Positions 17,617 to 28,054 are shown, counted from the first letter of the stretch. The stretch is DNA of 47,251 nt from Bacteroidetes bacterium SW_4_67_19 (GCA_003023275.1 PXTX01000057.1:1-47251), one strand, 5' to 3'. Notes: a model not told the origin generated them from the letters alone. Program-made: numbers and translations.

Positions 17617-18402
17617 ATGAACGAGGATGATTCGGCCCGCGAGCGCGCCGCCTACCTGGGGAAGAAGACGCGGGCGTACCTGGTGCACGTCTACACCGCC
17701 TCGGGGGTGGCGTTTGCCTTTCTGGCCGCGCGCGACATCGCGCTGGAGCGCGAAGCGTTCTGGGTGTTCGTGTGGCTCATCGTGGCCGGTGTCATCGACG
17801 CGACGGACGGGCCGCTCGCGCGCCGATGGAACGTGAAGACGCGCGCCCCGCGCATCGGCGGGGACGTCATCGACGACATTGTCGACTATCTCACCTTTAC
17901 GTTTGTGCCGCTGTTTCTGGTGTGGCGGCAGGAATGGCTGCCCCCCCCGGAGGCGCTCTGGATCATTCTGGCAATGGTGGTGAGCCTGCTGGGCTTCGCC
18001 AACACGGCCGCGAAGCAGACGAAGGACGGCTTCTTTCGCGGATTCCCGTCATACTGGAACATCGTGGCCTTTTACGTGGGCCTGTGGGCGACCAATTACC
18101 CGTGGGGGGCCACCGCTTCGCTGATCGCGGTTCTCGTGCTCGCGGCGCTCACCCTCGCGCCGGTGCGGTTCATCTACCCGAACCGCGCGCCGCCGCCCTG
18201 GCGGGGCATCGTCATCTGGGGCGCAGTGGGCTGGATGGGGCTGCTGCTGGTCATGCTCATGTCCTACCCCGACCTCTCCGGCTGGGCCGCGTGGGGCCTC
18301 ATGCCGCTTTCGCTGGTGTATCCCGCGTTTTACTTCGGTCTCTCGTTCTACCTCGACGTGCAGAGCCGCAGGGAGCCGGGCGACCCCGGCGGCGCAACGT
18401 AG
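17617..18402 (+). CDS. pcs: Phosphatidylcholine synthase-like CDP-alcohol phosphatidyltransferase
   Basis: VHVYTASG, DATDGPLARR..G..IDDIVDYL, FFRGFPSYWN. Confidence 0.75.
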   Translation: MNEDDSARERAAYLGKKTRAYLVHVYTASGVAFAFLAARDIALEREAFWVFVWLIVAGVIDATDGPLARRWNVKTRAPRIGGDVIDDIVDYLTFTFVPLFLVWRQEWLPPPEALWIILAMVVSLLGFANTAAKQTKDGFFRGFPSYWNIVAFYVGLWATNYPWGATASLIAVLVLAALTLAPVRFIYPNRAPPPWRGIVIWGAVGWMGLLLVMLMSYPDLSGWAAWGLMPLSLVYPAFYFGLSFYLDVQSRREPGDPGGAT

Positions 18403-18492
18403 CGCTTCGCAAGGCGCTGTGCCCGCTCGCGTGAGCGACGGAATCCCACGCTCGGTAGGCGCGAGAGCAGGTCCAGTAGGCGTGAGGGCAGG

Positions 18493-19611
18493 TCAACTCA
18501 CCATGCCCGCTTCAACGTTGTCTTCGATCACGTAGAACGTCGGCTCCTGCTCGTCGAAGCGCTCGGCGAAGCGCTGGCGGGCGTGCTGTTGGAAGCGCTC
18601 GACCGCCGGACGCCGCGCGAGCGTAACCGTGCACCCCCCGAAGCCGCCCCCCGTCATGCGCGCGCCGAGGACGCCGTCGGTGTCGCGCGCCGCTTCGACC
18701 AGCGCGTCCAGTTCGGGACTGCTGACCTCGTAGTCGTCGCGCAGGCTGGCGTGCGAGGCGAAGATGTCGTTTCCGAGCGCGCCGAGGTCGCCGGCGTCGA
18801 GATGCTCCTTGGCGTCGAGCACGCGCGCGTTTTCGCTCACGACGTGGCGGGCGCGCCGGTCGAGCGGTTCCGGCAGCGCCGAGCCGTGCGTCTCGAGCAT
18901 GTCGGGCGTGGCGTCGCGCAGTGCCTGGATGTCTTCGTCGGTGTGCTCGCGGAGCGCGGCGGCGGCGCGCTGGCACTCCTCGCGGCGCTCGTTGTACTTC
19001 GAGGCCGCCAGCTCGCGGCGCACGCCCGTGTCGGTGACCACCAGCGCCGCCTCGCGTTCGTCGAGCTGGAGCGGCACGTGTTCGTGCGACAGCGAGCGGC
19101 AGTCCAGAAAGAGTGCGTGCCCGGCCCGCCCGAGGCGCGCGGCGAACTGGTCCATAATCCCGCACTCGACGCCGGCGTACTCGTGCTCGACCTGCTGGCC
19201 GAGCTGGGCCGTCTCGACGGGAGCGAGCGGCCCGCCGGAGGCCACGTCGGCGAAGAGCATGTCCAGCGCCACGGCGGTGGCCATCTCCAGTGCCGCCGAC
19301 GAGCTGAGGCCAGCCCCCAGCGGCACGTCGCCGTCGATGATCGCCTCGAAGCCACTGCCGAGGCGCTCGCGCCGGCACAGCGCGTCGGCCATGCCTCCGG
19401 CGTAGGCGGCCCACCCCTCATGCGGCGGCCCCTCCGCCAGCCTGTAGCTGACCTCTTCGTCGAACGCCGTGGCGTAGAGGCGCACCCGCTCGTCGGAACG
19501 CCGGCGCACGGCCACGTACGTCGCGCGGTCGATGGTCGTCGGCAGGACGAAGCCGCCGGAGTAGTCGGTGTGCCCGCCGATCAGATTGACGCGCCCCGGC
19601 GCACGTGCCAC
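18493..19611 (-). CDS. galK: Galactokinase-family GHMP sugar kinase (5' end probably further upstream)
   Basis: APGRVNLIGGHTDY, PLGAGLSSSAA, CGIMDQ, GARMTGGGFGG. Confidence 0.88.
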   Translation of the reverse strand: MARAPGRVNLIGGHTDYSGGFVLPTTIDRATYVAVRRRSDERVRLYATAFDEEVSYRLAEGPPHEGWAAYAGGMADALCRRERLGSGFEAIIDGDVPLGAGLSSSAALEMATAVALDMLFADVASGGPLAPVETAQLGQQVEHEYAGVECGIMDQFAARLGRAGHALFLDCRSLSHEHVPLQLDEREAALVVTDTGVRRELAASKYNERREECQRAAAALREHTDEDIQALRDATPDMLETHGSALPEPLDRRARHVVSENARVLDAKEHLDAGDLGALGNDIFASHASLRDDYEVSSPELDALVEAARDTDGVLGARMTGGGFGGCTVTLARRPAVERFQQHARQRFAERFDEQEPTFYVIEDNVEAGMVS

Positions 19612-19912
19612 GACGGCCGGAGCGGCAGGCTCCGGGGCGGCCCCGAAGCGCTCGCGGATCTGCTGGCGGAGCTTGGATCGGGAAAAGCGTCGAGATCGGT
19701 GTGCACGCGATGCGGGTGCGGGTTGAACGTTGAAAGATAGGAGGGGTTGAAGGGGAAGAGGGACACTGTTCTCCCGCTGGAGGGTCCCGTTTTAGTGCTC
19801 GGGCAGAGATTGTCAGTCGTCAGTTCCCGATTTGCGACCGGCCCCAGCGGCGCTCCACGCTCCTTCGCCTTCCTCATTGTCCCCTCTCACCTTCACGCTC
19901 GAAGCGCGTTCC

Positions 19913-21535
19913 TCACCAGAACATCGCGTAGAGCGCGGCGGTGATGCCGAGGATGCCGAAGGCGGCCACGTTGTACACCGGGTCGCCTACCATCGAGACA
20001 TTCGAAATGTCGACGGCCCTCGGATGATCCTTGCCCTTGCCCTCCAGGAGCGAGATCACCACGATCAGCGCCACCGAGAGGAAAAACACGATCAACATGC
20101 GCCGCAGGAAGGGCACGTCCGGCGCGAGGAACTTCATCCCCGCCGAGAACGGGATCGAGAGGACCGCCGAGGCGAGCGCGGCGTTGGGCGTAGATTTCTT
20201 CCAGAACAGGCCCATCATGAACACCGCCAGCACGCCGGGGCTGACAAAGCCGGTGTACTCCTGAATGTACTGAAAGACCTGGTCGAGTGCCGCCAGCTGC
20301 GGGGCCATCAGGCACGCGATCACGATGCAGATGAAGCTCACCACGCGCCCCATGGTCACGAGGTTCCCTTCCGAGGCGTCTTCGCCGTAGGAGGACGTTT
20401 TGTAGAGGTCCATCGTGAAAATCGTCGCCGTTGAGTTCATCATCGAAGCCAGCGACGAGACGATGGCTGCCACCAGCGCCGCGAAGGCCAGCCCGCGCAC
20501 CCCCGGGCCGAGGTACTGCCCCAGCAGCCACGGGTAGGCGTCGTCGGCCACGTTGATGCTGGCGGGGTCGAGCGCGTAGGCGACGATGCCGGGCACCACC
20601 ACCACCATTGGCAGGAGCAGCTTCAGGTAGCCGGCAAAGGCAAGGCCGCGCTGCGCTTCCTTGAGGTCTTTGGCCGCCAGCGCGCGCTGGATGATGTACT
20701 GATTGCAGCCCCAGTAGAAGAGGTTCGCCACCCACAGCCCGCCGATGATGACCCCGAGGCCGGGCAGAAGCTGGTAGGCGTCTTTGGTAACCCCTTTGTT
20801 GTTGGTATACGTCAACTCCCCCTCGAAAAGAATCAGGTTGAAGCGATTGCTGAAGTCCGAAAGCATCCCCGACAGGCCGGCGATGGGTCCGTTGGAGCCG
20901 ATGCTCTCGGCGTAGGCGTCGAGGGCGAACCACGTCGTCAGCGTCAGCAGCCCCCCGCCGATGAGCACGAAGACCTGGATTACGTCCGTCCAGGCCACCG
21001 CCTTGAGGCCGCCGTAGATCGAGTACGCCGTGGCGAAGCTCGCCAGAAAGAGGATGCCCAGCCAGAACGGCGTGCCCATGATCTCCCCCATCGCCAACGC
21101 GCCGAGGTAGAGCACGCTCGTCAGGTTGACGAACACGTACACCAGGAGCCAGAAGACCGCCAGGAGCGTCCGCACGCGGTGGTCGTAGCGTTCCTCCAGA
21201 AACTGCGGCATCGTGAAAATCTCCTTCTCCAGGTAGATCGGCAGAAAGAACCACGCGATCACCAGCAGGCAAACCGCTGCCATCCACTCATACGAAGCAA
21301 TCGCCAGCCCCACCCGGAAGCCCGACCCACTCATCCCGATAAACTGCTCGGCGGAGATGTTCGAGGCGATCAGCGAGGCCCCGATGGCCCAGAACGGAAG
21401 CGCCTTGCTGGCCAGGAAGTAGTCGGCAGAGTCTTTTTCATGCCCTTCTTCTTCCTGCGAGACCCACAAACCCGCTCCCACGATTACCGCGATGTAGACG
21501 AAAAAGATGACGTAGTCGAGAAGAATGAAGTCCAT
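19913..21535 (-). CDS. Sodium:solute symporter (SGLT-like sugar transporter)
   Basis: ASNISAEQFIGMSGSG, YEW, YSIYGGLKAVAWTD, YWGCNQYIIQRALAA. Confidence 0.95.
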   Translation of the reverse strand: MDFILLDYVIFFVYIAVIVGAGLWVSQEEEGHEKDSADYFLASKALPFWAIGASLIASNISAEQFIGMSGSGFRVGLAIASYEWMAAVCLLVIAWFFLPIYLEKEIFTMPQFLEERYDHRVRTLLAVFWLLVYVFVNLTSVLYLGALAMGEIMGTPFWLGILFLASFATAYSIYGGLKAVAWTDVIQVFVLIGGGLLTLTTWFALDAYAESIGSNGPIAGLSGMLSDFSNRFNLILFEGELTYTNNKGVTKDAYQLLPGLGVIIGGLWVANLFYWGCNQYIIQRALAAKDLKEAQRGLAFAGYLKLLLPMVVVVPGIVAYALDPASINVADDAYPWLLGQYLGPGVRGLAFAALVAAIVSSLASMMNSTATIFTMDLYKTSSYGEDASEGNLVTMGRVVSFICIVIACLMAPQLAALDQVFQYIQEYTGFVSPGVLAVFMMGLFWKKSTPNAALASAVLSIPFSAGMKFLAPDVPFLRRMLIVFFLSVALIVVISLLEGKGKDHPRAVDISNVSMVGDPVYNVAAFGILGITAALYAMFW

Positions 21536-21600
21536 GCTTTAGCTGGATGAGGCGTTCTGGATGAGAGGCGTTCTGGGTGAGTGCGACCGGCTGGGGGAAG

Positions 21601-21765
21601 GCGTATCGCGTGATGCGTGAAACGTGACGCGTGATGCTGCCTTCTACGGGTGCCGGGAGAGCAGGCCGGTGGGGGTTCTTCTCTGAATGGCGTTGCCGGT
21701 TGTTTTTCGGATGCGGGCGCTTCGGGCAGCCATCACGCAATACGCATCACGCAATACGCATCACG
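21601..21765 (-). repeat. GCGTGAT-arm intergenic element, copy 3 (core inverted)
   Basis: Five GCGTGAT-like units on the left and five ATCACGC-like units on the right; minus-strand core caaccggcaacgccattcag (21683-21702). Confidence 0.8.
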
Positions 21766-21931
21766 AAAAAACCGCTTTCAAGTTGGCGGCACAATTTATA
21801 CGTTTAAGGCCGAGAAGATCAACTGCGCGTCGCGTGGCGGATTGACGGTGGAACGTTTTTCAGCCCGCGAAGCGCGTGGTGTCGTGCAGCGCGCCTACCA
21901 TTCTCCCGGACTCCCGCACTCCCACGCTCCC

Positions 21932-22987
21932 ATGCCCTACCAGCCGCGTCCCGAACACAAATTCTCCTTCGGCCTGTGGACCGTCGGCAATCCCGGCGGC
22001 GACCCGTTCGGCCCGCCCGTGCGCGAGCCGCGTTCGCCGGTGGAGTTGGTGCACCTGCTCGCCGAAGCGGGGGCCTACGGCGTCAACTTCCACGACAACG
22101 ACCTCGTGCCCATCGACGCTTCGGCACAGGAGCGCGACCGCATCGTGAGCGATTTCAAGAGCGCTCTCGACGACACGGGCCTCACTGTGCCGATGGCGAC
22201 GACCAACCTGTTCAGCGACCCGGCCTTTCGCGACGGGGCCTTCACCAGCCACGACCCGGAAGTCCGCGACTACGCCTTGCAGAAGACGATGCGCGCGATG
22301 GACCTGGGGGCCGAGCTGGGGGCGGACGTGTACGTCTTCTGGGGCGGGCGCGAAGGGGCCGAAACCGACGCCGGCCAGCCGCCCACCGACGCGATCAAGC
22401 GCTACCGCGAAGCGATCAACTATCTCGCCGAGTACAACGCCGACCAGGGCTACGGCCTGCGCTTCGCGCTGGAGCCGAAGCCCAACGAGCCGCGCGGCAA
22501 CCTGTTTTTCCCGACCGTCGGCGCGGCCTGGGACGCGGGCAAGCTTTTTCACATCGACCTCAACGACCAGGCGTTCGGGCGCTACGACCAGGACTTCCGC
22601 TTCGGCGCAGAAAGCCCGAAGCGCGCGTTCTTCCTGGTGCGCTTTCTGGAAGAAGTCGCCGGCTACGACGGCCCGCGCCACTTCGACGCGCACGCGCACC
22701 GCACCTCCGGCTGGGCAGACGTGAAATCCTTCGCCGAGGGGTGCATGAGAACGTACCTCATCCTCAAGGACAAGGCCGAGCAGATGGGCGACGACGAGGA
22801 GATCCAGGCGCTCCTCGACGAGATCAATCCCGACGACGCGCAGAGCGAGGCTGCCGCCGGCTACTCCGCCGATGGAGCGGCTTCACTCAAGGAGCGTAGC
22901 GTCGACCGTGAGACGCTGGGCGAGCGCTCGAAGCCCTACGAACGCCTCGACCAGCTCGTGACGGAGTTGCTGCTGGGGGTACGGTAG
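21932..22987 (+). pseudogene. xylA: Class I xylose isomerase with an in-frame ~36-aa active-site deletion
   Basis: [39 protein letters not shown] and DQDFRFG are present; the NPExxH segment is absent; 351 aa. Confidence 0.85.
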
Positions 22988-23158
22988 TTCGTGGGTCGTC
23001 CGTTGTCAGTTTTTTCAGTTATCGGTTTCTCGTGTGGCTTCCGAGCGCTGAAAACCGAACACTGAAAACCCGTACCCAGACGCCGAAAACGAGTCACCCC
23101 AGCACCCCACCAGCGGAAGAAGAACGTTCAACCTTCAACCCGAAACCGCGCGAAGCGC
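22988..23158. repeat. Heptamer arms between xylA and xylB
   Basis: tcagttt..tcagtta-tcggttt on the left; ctgaaaa-ccgaaca-ctgaaaa and gttcaac-cttcaac-ccgaaac on the right. Confidence 0.7.
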
Positions 23159-24655
23159 ATGTTTCTCGGCCTCGACGTCGCCACCTCCGCCACGAAAGCC
23201 CTTCTGATCGGCGAAGCGGGCGACGTGGCGGGCGTGGCCTCCAGCGCGCACGAGACGCACACGCCCGAGCCGCTGTGGAGCGAGCAGGACCCGTCCGACT
23301 GGTGGACCGCCGCGCAAGAGAGCATTCGCACGGTCCTCGATAAAAGCGACACCGCGCCCGAAGCCGTCGACGTCGTCGGGCTGACGGGGCAGATGCACGG
23401 CCTCGTGCTGCTCGACGAGCGCGGCGAGGTGTTGCGCCCGGCCATTCTGTGGAACGACCAGCGGACCGCTGCCGAGTGCGACGCCATGCGCGCGGCGCTG
23501 GGCAAAGAGCGCCTCGTCCAGCTCACCGGCAACGACGCGCTGCCCGGCTTTACCGCCCCGAAGTTGCTCTGGGTAAGAGAGCACGAACCCGAGGTGTACG
23601 CCCGCGCCGCGCAGGCGCTACTGCCGAAGGACTACGTGCGCTTTAAGCTCACCGGCCGCTACGCGACTGACAAGGCGGGCGCAGCGGGCACCATTCTCTT
23701 CGATCTCGAAGCGCGCGACTGGTCCGCCGAGGTGCTGGGGGCGCTGGACGTGGACCCCGGCTGGCTCCCGCCCACGCACGAAGGAACCGCCGTGACGGGT
23801 GAAATGACCGCCGAGGCGGCCGATGCGACGGGGCTGGCGGAGGGAACGCCCGTCGTGGCCGGAGGCGGCGACCAGTCTGCGGCCGCCGTGGGCACCGGGG
23901 CCGTCGAGGAAGGCGTCGTGTCGATCAGCCTGGGCACCTCGGGGGTCGTCTTTGCGGCGACTGGGCGGCCCACTATTGAGCCGGAGGGGCGGCTGCACGC
24001 CTTCTGCCACGCCGCGCCGGGCACGTGGCACCTGATGGGCGTGATGCTCTCGGCGGCCGGCAGCCTCCAGTGGTACCGCGACACCCTCGCGCCCGAGACG
24101 GACTTCGACGATTTGCTGGCCCCGGCGTCCGAGGTGGTCCCCGGCAGCGACGGGCTCTTCTTTTTGCCCTACCTCACCGGCGAGCGCACCCCGCATCCCG
24201 ACCCGCGGGCGCGCGGCGGCTTCATCGGCCTCACTGCGCGTCACGAGCAACCGCACCTCACGCGCGCCGTGCTCGAAGGGGTCGCCTTCGGGCTGCGCGA
24301 CAACTTCGCGCTGATGCAGGAAACCGGCCTCGCCCGCGTCGACGAAGCGCGCATTACCGGCGGCGGCACCCAGAGCGCCCTCTGGCGCCAGATCATCGCC
24401 GACGTGCTGGGCGTGGAACTGGCGACCGTCGCCAACCCCGAGGGCGCGGCCTACGGCGCGGCGCTGCTGGCAGGCGTGGGGGCGGGTCGCTGGCCGAGCG
24501 TCCAGGCGGCCTGCACCGAGACCGTCGCCGTGACCGAGCGCACCGCGCCCCGGCCCGAGCCGGCGGCCGTCTACGACGAAGGGTACCAGGCGTACCGGCG
24601 GCTCTACCCTGCGCTGCGGCCCATTTTCCACGAAGAGAAAACGTTCGAGGGGTAA
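23159..24655 (+). CDS. xylB: Xylulokinase
   Basis: FGGY kinase: GLTGQMHG, AILWND, GGGDQ, SLGTSG, PYLTGERTP; follows xylA. Confidence 0.95.
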   Translation: MFLGLDVATSATKALLIGEAGDVAGVASSAHETHTPEPLWSEQDPSDWWTAAQESIRTVLDKSDTAPEAVDVVGLTGQMHGLVLLDERGEVLRPAILWNDQRTAAECDAMRAALGKERLVQLTGNDALPGFTAPKLLWVREHEPEVYARAAQALLPKDYVRFKLTGRYATDKAGAAGTILFDLEARDWSAEVLGALDVDPGWLPPTHEGTAVTGEMTAEAADATGLAEGTPVVAGGGDQSAAAVGTGAVEEGVVSISLGTSGVVFAATGRPTIEPEGRLHAFCHAAPGTWHLMGVMLSAAGSLQWYRDTLAPETDFDDLLAPASEVVPGSDGLFFLPYLTGERTPHPDPRARGGFIGLTARHEQPHLTRAVLEGVAFGLRDNFALMQETGLARVDEARITGGGTQSALWRQIIADVLGVELATVANPEGAAYGAALLAGVGAGRWPSVQAACTETVAVTERTAPRPEPAAVYDEGYQAYRRLYPALRPIFHEEKTFEG

Positions 24656-24778
24656 CGACGGCAGGTGCGAGTTCCCCGAAAATGAGGCCCCAGCAACCGA
24701 GTCGTCCGCACCACGGCGCGCGGTGACACTCTGGTTTTCACAACTCGGGTTGCGGCACTTCACCCCGCGCGGGGAGCG

Positions 24779-26356
24779 CTACTCGCGTAGCGGCGGCTGG
24801 TAGACGCGCACCGCTGCGACGGGCGAGCGAGGGCCTGCGCCGCCTGAACGCACGAGCGTGAGCGTGTGATCGCCGGGCGGAAGCCCCTGCGCGACGGTCA
24901 TGGGCGAGTCGGCCCCGACGGCGACGGTGCTCTGGCACATCGAGCGCACCGACCACACGATCTCGTCGCCGGGCTCCACGTAGTCGAGGTACGAGAAGTC
25001 ATCCTCGCGCTTGCGCTGAAACCATTCCTCGGGTTGGATCGTGATGCGACCGGAGCGCGAGCGAAACGGCGCGGCGCTCGTGCCGGTCCCGTCGAAGCCG
25101 GTCTTCGAGCCGTGCAGCCGAAAGCGCACGCGCCGCCCGCTCGCAGCGGAGTCCGGCGCCACCTCCGTGACCGTGAGCGTCCAGTCTTCGGCGCGGGGAG
25201 CAGTTCCGAGGCCGACGGTCATGGGCACGCCCATCTTTTCGGGGGGCCCGTCCTTCGGCGATATGTCCACGCCGGGGCGTGTGGGAACCCAGCAGCCGGC
25301 GAAGCGCGAGGGCGTCTGACCATCGATGCGCACGTTCAGCGGGCCGGCCCGGTCTTCGTGTAGTACCAGTTCCACGCGCCTTCCGGTGAAGTCCACGCGT
25401 GCCGTGTCGCTGTGAAAAGCAAAGTCCTCGCCGGCGCGATAGGTGGTCTGCATGGACGGGGCGCGCGCCGAGGCGGGGCCACGGGCGTCGCTCAAGGCGG
25501 CGGCGCGGTCGAGGTAGTCGGTGACGATGCCAGCCATGACGGCGTTGCCGCGCGGATTGGGATGCACGTCGTCTTCGGTGAGGGCGGCGGGATCGAGGTC
25601 ATTTTGGCGAAGGTACGTCTTCCAGGCGCCGCGCACGTCGATGCAGGCGAGGTCGTATTTGCGGCACAGCGCCGGCAGCTTTTTGAAAGAGCGCCGGTCT
25701 CGGTAGGCGTGGTTTTCCTGCTTGGCGGTGACGTGGTCGGTCATGAGCGCGACTTCGGCGGCAGTGCGGCGACGGATCGTGCGGATGATCCGCTCGTAGT
25801 CGCCGAGGTCGCCGTAGACGTGGAAGAGCACGAGGTCTGGAGCGAAGGGGACCACGTCTTGCGCGACGGCGTGCTTGAGGCGGCCGGCGCCGTAGCCGGA
25901 GATGGCTTTGTTGGCGACGGCAAGGTTGGCGTGCGGGTAGGTCGCCCGCAGGTGGCGGCGCACGTCTTTCCACCAGTCTTCGGCACTGATGGACTGGCCG
26001 TAGACGAGCACGCGCACGCTGCGCGCAGAGTCGGGCCGGCTGGCGCGGAGGCGCCGCATCGTGCGCTGGAGGTGGCGCGCGCTTTCGGCGAAGAAAGCAG
26101 AGTCGGCGCGCATTCGCTCGATCGCCCGCGCGTAGCCTTCTTTGAACTGCTCGTCGGTCACGTCGTGGCCGCGGATGCCGGCGACCAGCGCGAGGAAGTT
26201 GTAGTTCGGGTGCGCGCTCCAGGCGTGGCTGTCAGAGCGTGTGGGATCGGGCTTCTCCGCGAAGGTCGGCAGCCTCGATTCGTCGTCGGCGGAGGCCCCG
26301 ACGGGCTGGGCCTGCGCGCCGGCGGCGAGACAGAGTGAAAGCGCCAGTATGAACAT
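24779..26356 (-). CDS. Secreted SGNH/GDSL hydrolase-family protein
   Basis: Signal peptide; YGQSIS (block I), NKAISG (block II), DDVHPN (block V); beta-rich C-terminal part. Confidence 0.7.
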   Translation of the reverse strand: MFILALSLCLAAGAQAQPVGASADDESRLPTFAEKPDPTRSDSHAWSAHPNYNFLALVAGIRGHDVTDEQFKEGYARAIERMRADSAFFAESARHLQRTMRRLRASRPDSARSVRVLVYGQSISAEDWWKDVRRHLRATYPHANLAVANKAISGYGAGRLKHAVAQDVVPFAPDLVLFHVYGDLGDYERIIRTIRRRTAAEVALMTDHVTAKQENHAYRDRRSFKKLPALCRKYDLACIDVRGAWKTYLRQNDLDPAALTEDDVHPNPRGNAVMAGIVTDYLDRAAALSDARGPASARAPSMQTTYRAGEDFAFHSDTARVDFTGRRVELVLHEDRAGPLNVRIDGQTPSRFAGCWVPTRPGVDISPKDGPPEKMGVPMTVGLGTAPRAEDWTLTVTEVAPDSAASGRRVRFRLHGSKTGFDGTGTSAAPFRSRSGRITIQPEEWFQRKREDDFSYLDYVEPGDEIVWSVRSMCQSTVAVGADSPMTVAQGLPPGDHTLTLVRSGGAGPRSPVAAVRVYQPPLRE

Positions 26357-26611
26357 CGCGAACCAGCGAGGAGACGTCACCACAGCGAGGCGGGGGAGCA
26401 GAGCGGAAAGGCGAAAACAGGAAATCGAACGAGTGGGTCTTGCGCCGCGTCGGTCTTTCGCGCCGCGTTCTGAAAATCATCCACTGCCCACTATGTTACC
26501 GCCAGCGCGACAACGCGCGGAACAGCAAGCCGCTCGCCAAAATAGGAATTTTGAACCCCGCCGTCCAACTCGCCTGCCGCGTTTTCTTCGTCTCGTTGCG
26601 CTACGGCTTTT

Positions 26612-28054
26612 GTGATTGATGTTCGCGTCGTTTTTTCGGCACTGGTGCTCCTGCTGGCGGTCGGCGCTTCGGAGGCCCTCGGGCAACGCACCGCCCGCTC
26701 CGGTCAAGCGACCTCCGGCGGGAGTGACCCCGGCGACGACGAGGCGCTATCCGCCCAGGCGCCCCGTGCCGAGACCGCCGGGGACGAGCCCGCGCAGACG
26801 GCCGTTTCGGTCGAAATCGTGGAGCAGTCCGACGGCGACTTTCAGTTATTGCGCGGCGGGGAGCCGTATTACGTGAAAGGGGCCAAAGGCGCCGGGCCGC
26901 ACCTCGACCGGCTCGCCCGGTACGGCGGCAACTCCGTGCGCACCAGCGATCCCGAGATGCTCGACCGCGCGCACGAGCGGGGCCTTACGGTGCAGTTTCA
27001 CCTGCCGGTGACGGCGCAGCGCGACGGCATGGACTACAGCGATCCCGAGGCCGTTCGGGAGCAGAAAGAGGAGGTCCTGGCGATGGTGCGCAAGTACAAA
27101 GACCACCCGGCCGTACTCTTCTGGGAGCTGGGCAACGAACTCGACCACGTGCCCGATACCGGTGATCCGGACGCCGGGGAGACGACCGTCAACTGGAAGG
27201 TCTACGACGCGGTCAATGAACTGGCGAAGGCGATTCATGAGGAAGACCCCAACCACCCGGTGCTGACGGTGCTGGGCACCGGGACGCCGGAGAAGCTGGG
27301 CCGCCTCCAGCGGCGCGCGCCGGCGCTCGACCTCATCGGCGTCAACGCCTACGCCGACATCGGGCAGGTCGAGGCGTGGCTCGAGGAGTACGGCTGGGAG
27401 CGGCCCTACGTCTTCACCGAGTGGGGGCCGTCGGGCTTCTGGCAGGTGCCGCAGACCGACTGGGGCCGTGCCGTCGAGGAGACCACCACCACGAAGGCGC
27501 ACCTCTACCGCGAGCGCTACCGCTCCTCCATTCGCGGCCCAGAGCAGTGCGTGGGCTCCTACGTCTTTCTCTGGCAGCAGCACCAGGAGCGCACCCACAC
27601 GTGGTTCGGTATGTTCGACGCGGAAGGGCGCGCGTCCGAAGCGGTGGGCGTCATGCAGCACGCCTGGACCGGCGAGTGGCCCGACAATCGCGCTCCGCAC
27701 CTCAACACGCTCATCGCTGGCGGGCGCACCGCCTACGGCGACCTGCGCCTGAAGCCGGGCGAGCGGTACCCCGCTTCCGCCTTCGCCACCGACCGCGACG
27801 GCGACGCCCTGCGGTACGACTGGGAAGTGCTGCCGGAGAACACGAACTTCGGCTACGGCGGCCAGGGCGAGACGAAACCGCCGCCTGTCTCCGATGCCGT
27901 CCCCGCCGACGCGAACCAGCGGCGCATCGCCTTCACCGCGCCGTCAGAGCCGGGGGCCTACCGCCTCTTCGCCTACGTCTACGACGGGAACGGCCACTAC
28001 GCCACTGCCAACGTGCCTTTTCTCGTCGAAGAGCCGGACCCCGCCGGGCGCTGA
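26612..28054 (+). CDS. Secreted clan GH-A glycoside hydrolase (GH2-type TIM barrel)
   Basis: Signal peptide; YYVKG, GGNSVRT, HPAVLFWELGNE (acid/base), VFTEWG (nucleophile). Confidence 0.85.
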   Translation: MIDVRVVFSALVLLLAVGASEALGQRTARSGQATSGGSDPGDDEALSAQAPRAETAGDEPAQTAVSVEIVEQSDGDFQLLRGGEPYYVKGAKGAGPHLDRLARYGGNSVRTSDPEMLDRAHERGLTVQFHLPVTAQRDGMDYSDPEAVREQKEEVLAMVRKYKDHPAVLFWELGNELDHVPDTGDPDAGETTVNWKVYDAVNELAKAIHEEDPNHPVLTVLGTGTPEKLGRLQRRAPALDLIGVNAYADIGQVEAWLEEYGWERPYVFTEWGPSGFWQVPQTDWGRAVEETTTTKAHLYRERYRSSIRGPEQCVGSYVFLWQQHQERTHTWFGMFDAEGRASEAVGVMQHAWTGEWPDNRAPHLNTLIAGGRTAYGDLRLKPGERYPASAFATDRDGDALRYDWEVLPENTNFGYGGQGETKPPPVSDAVPADANQRRIAFTAPSEPGAYRLFAYVYDGNGHYATANVPFLVEEPDPAGR

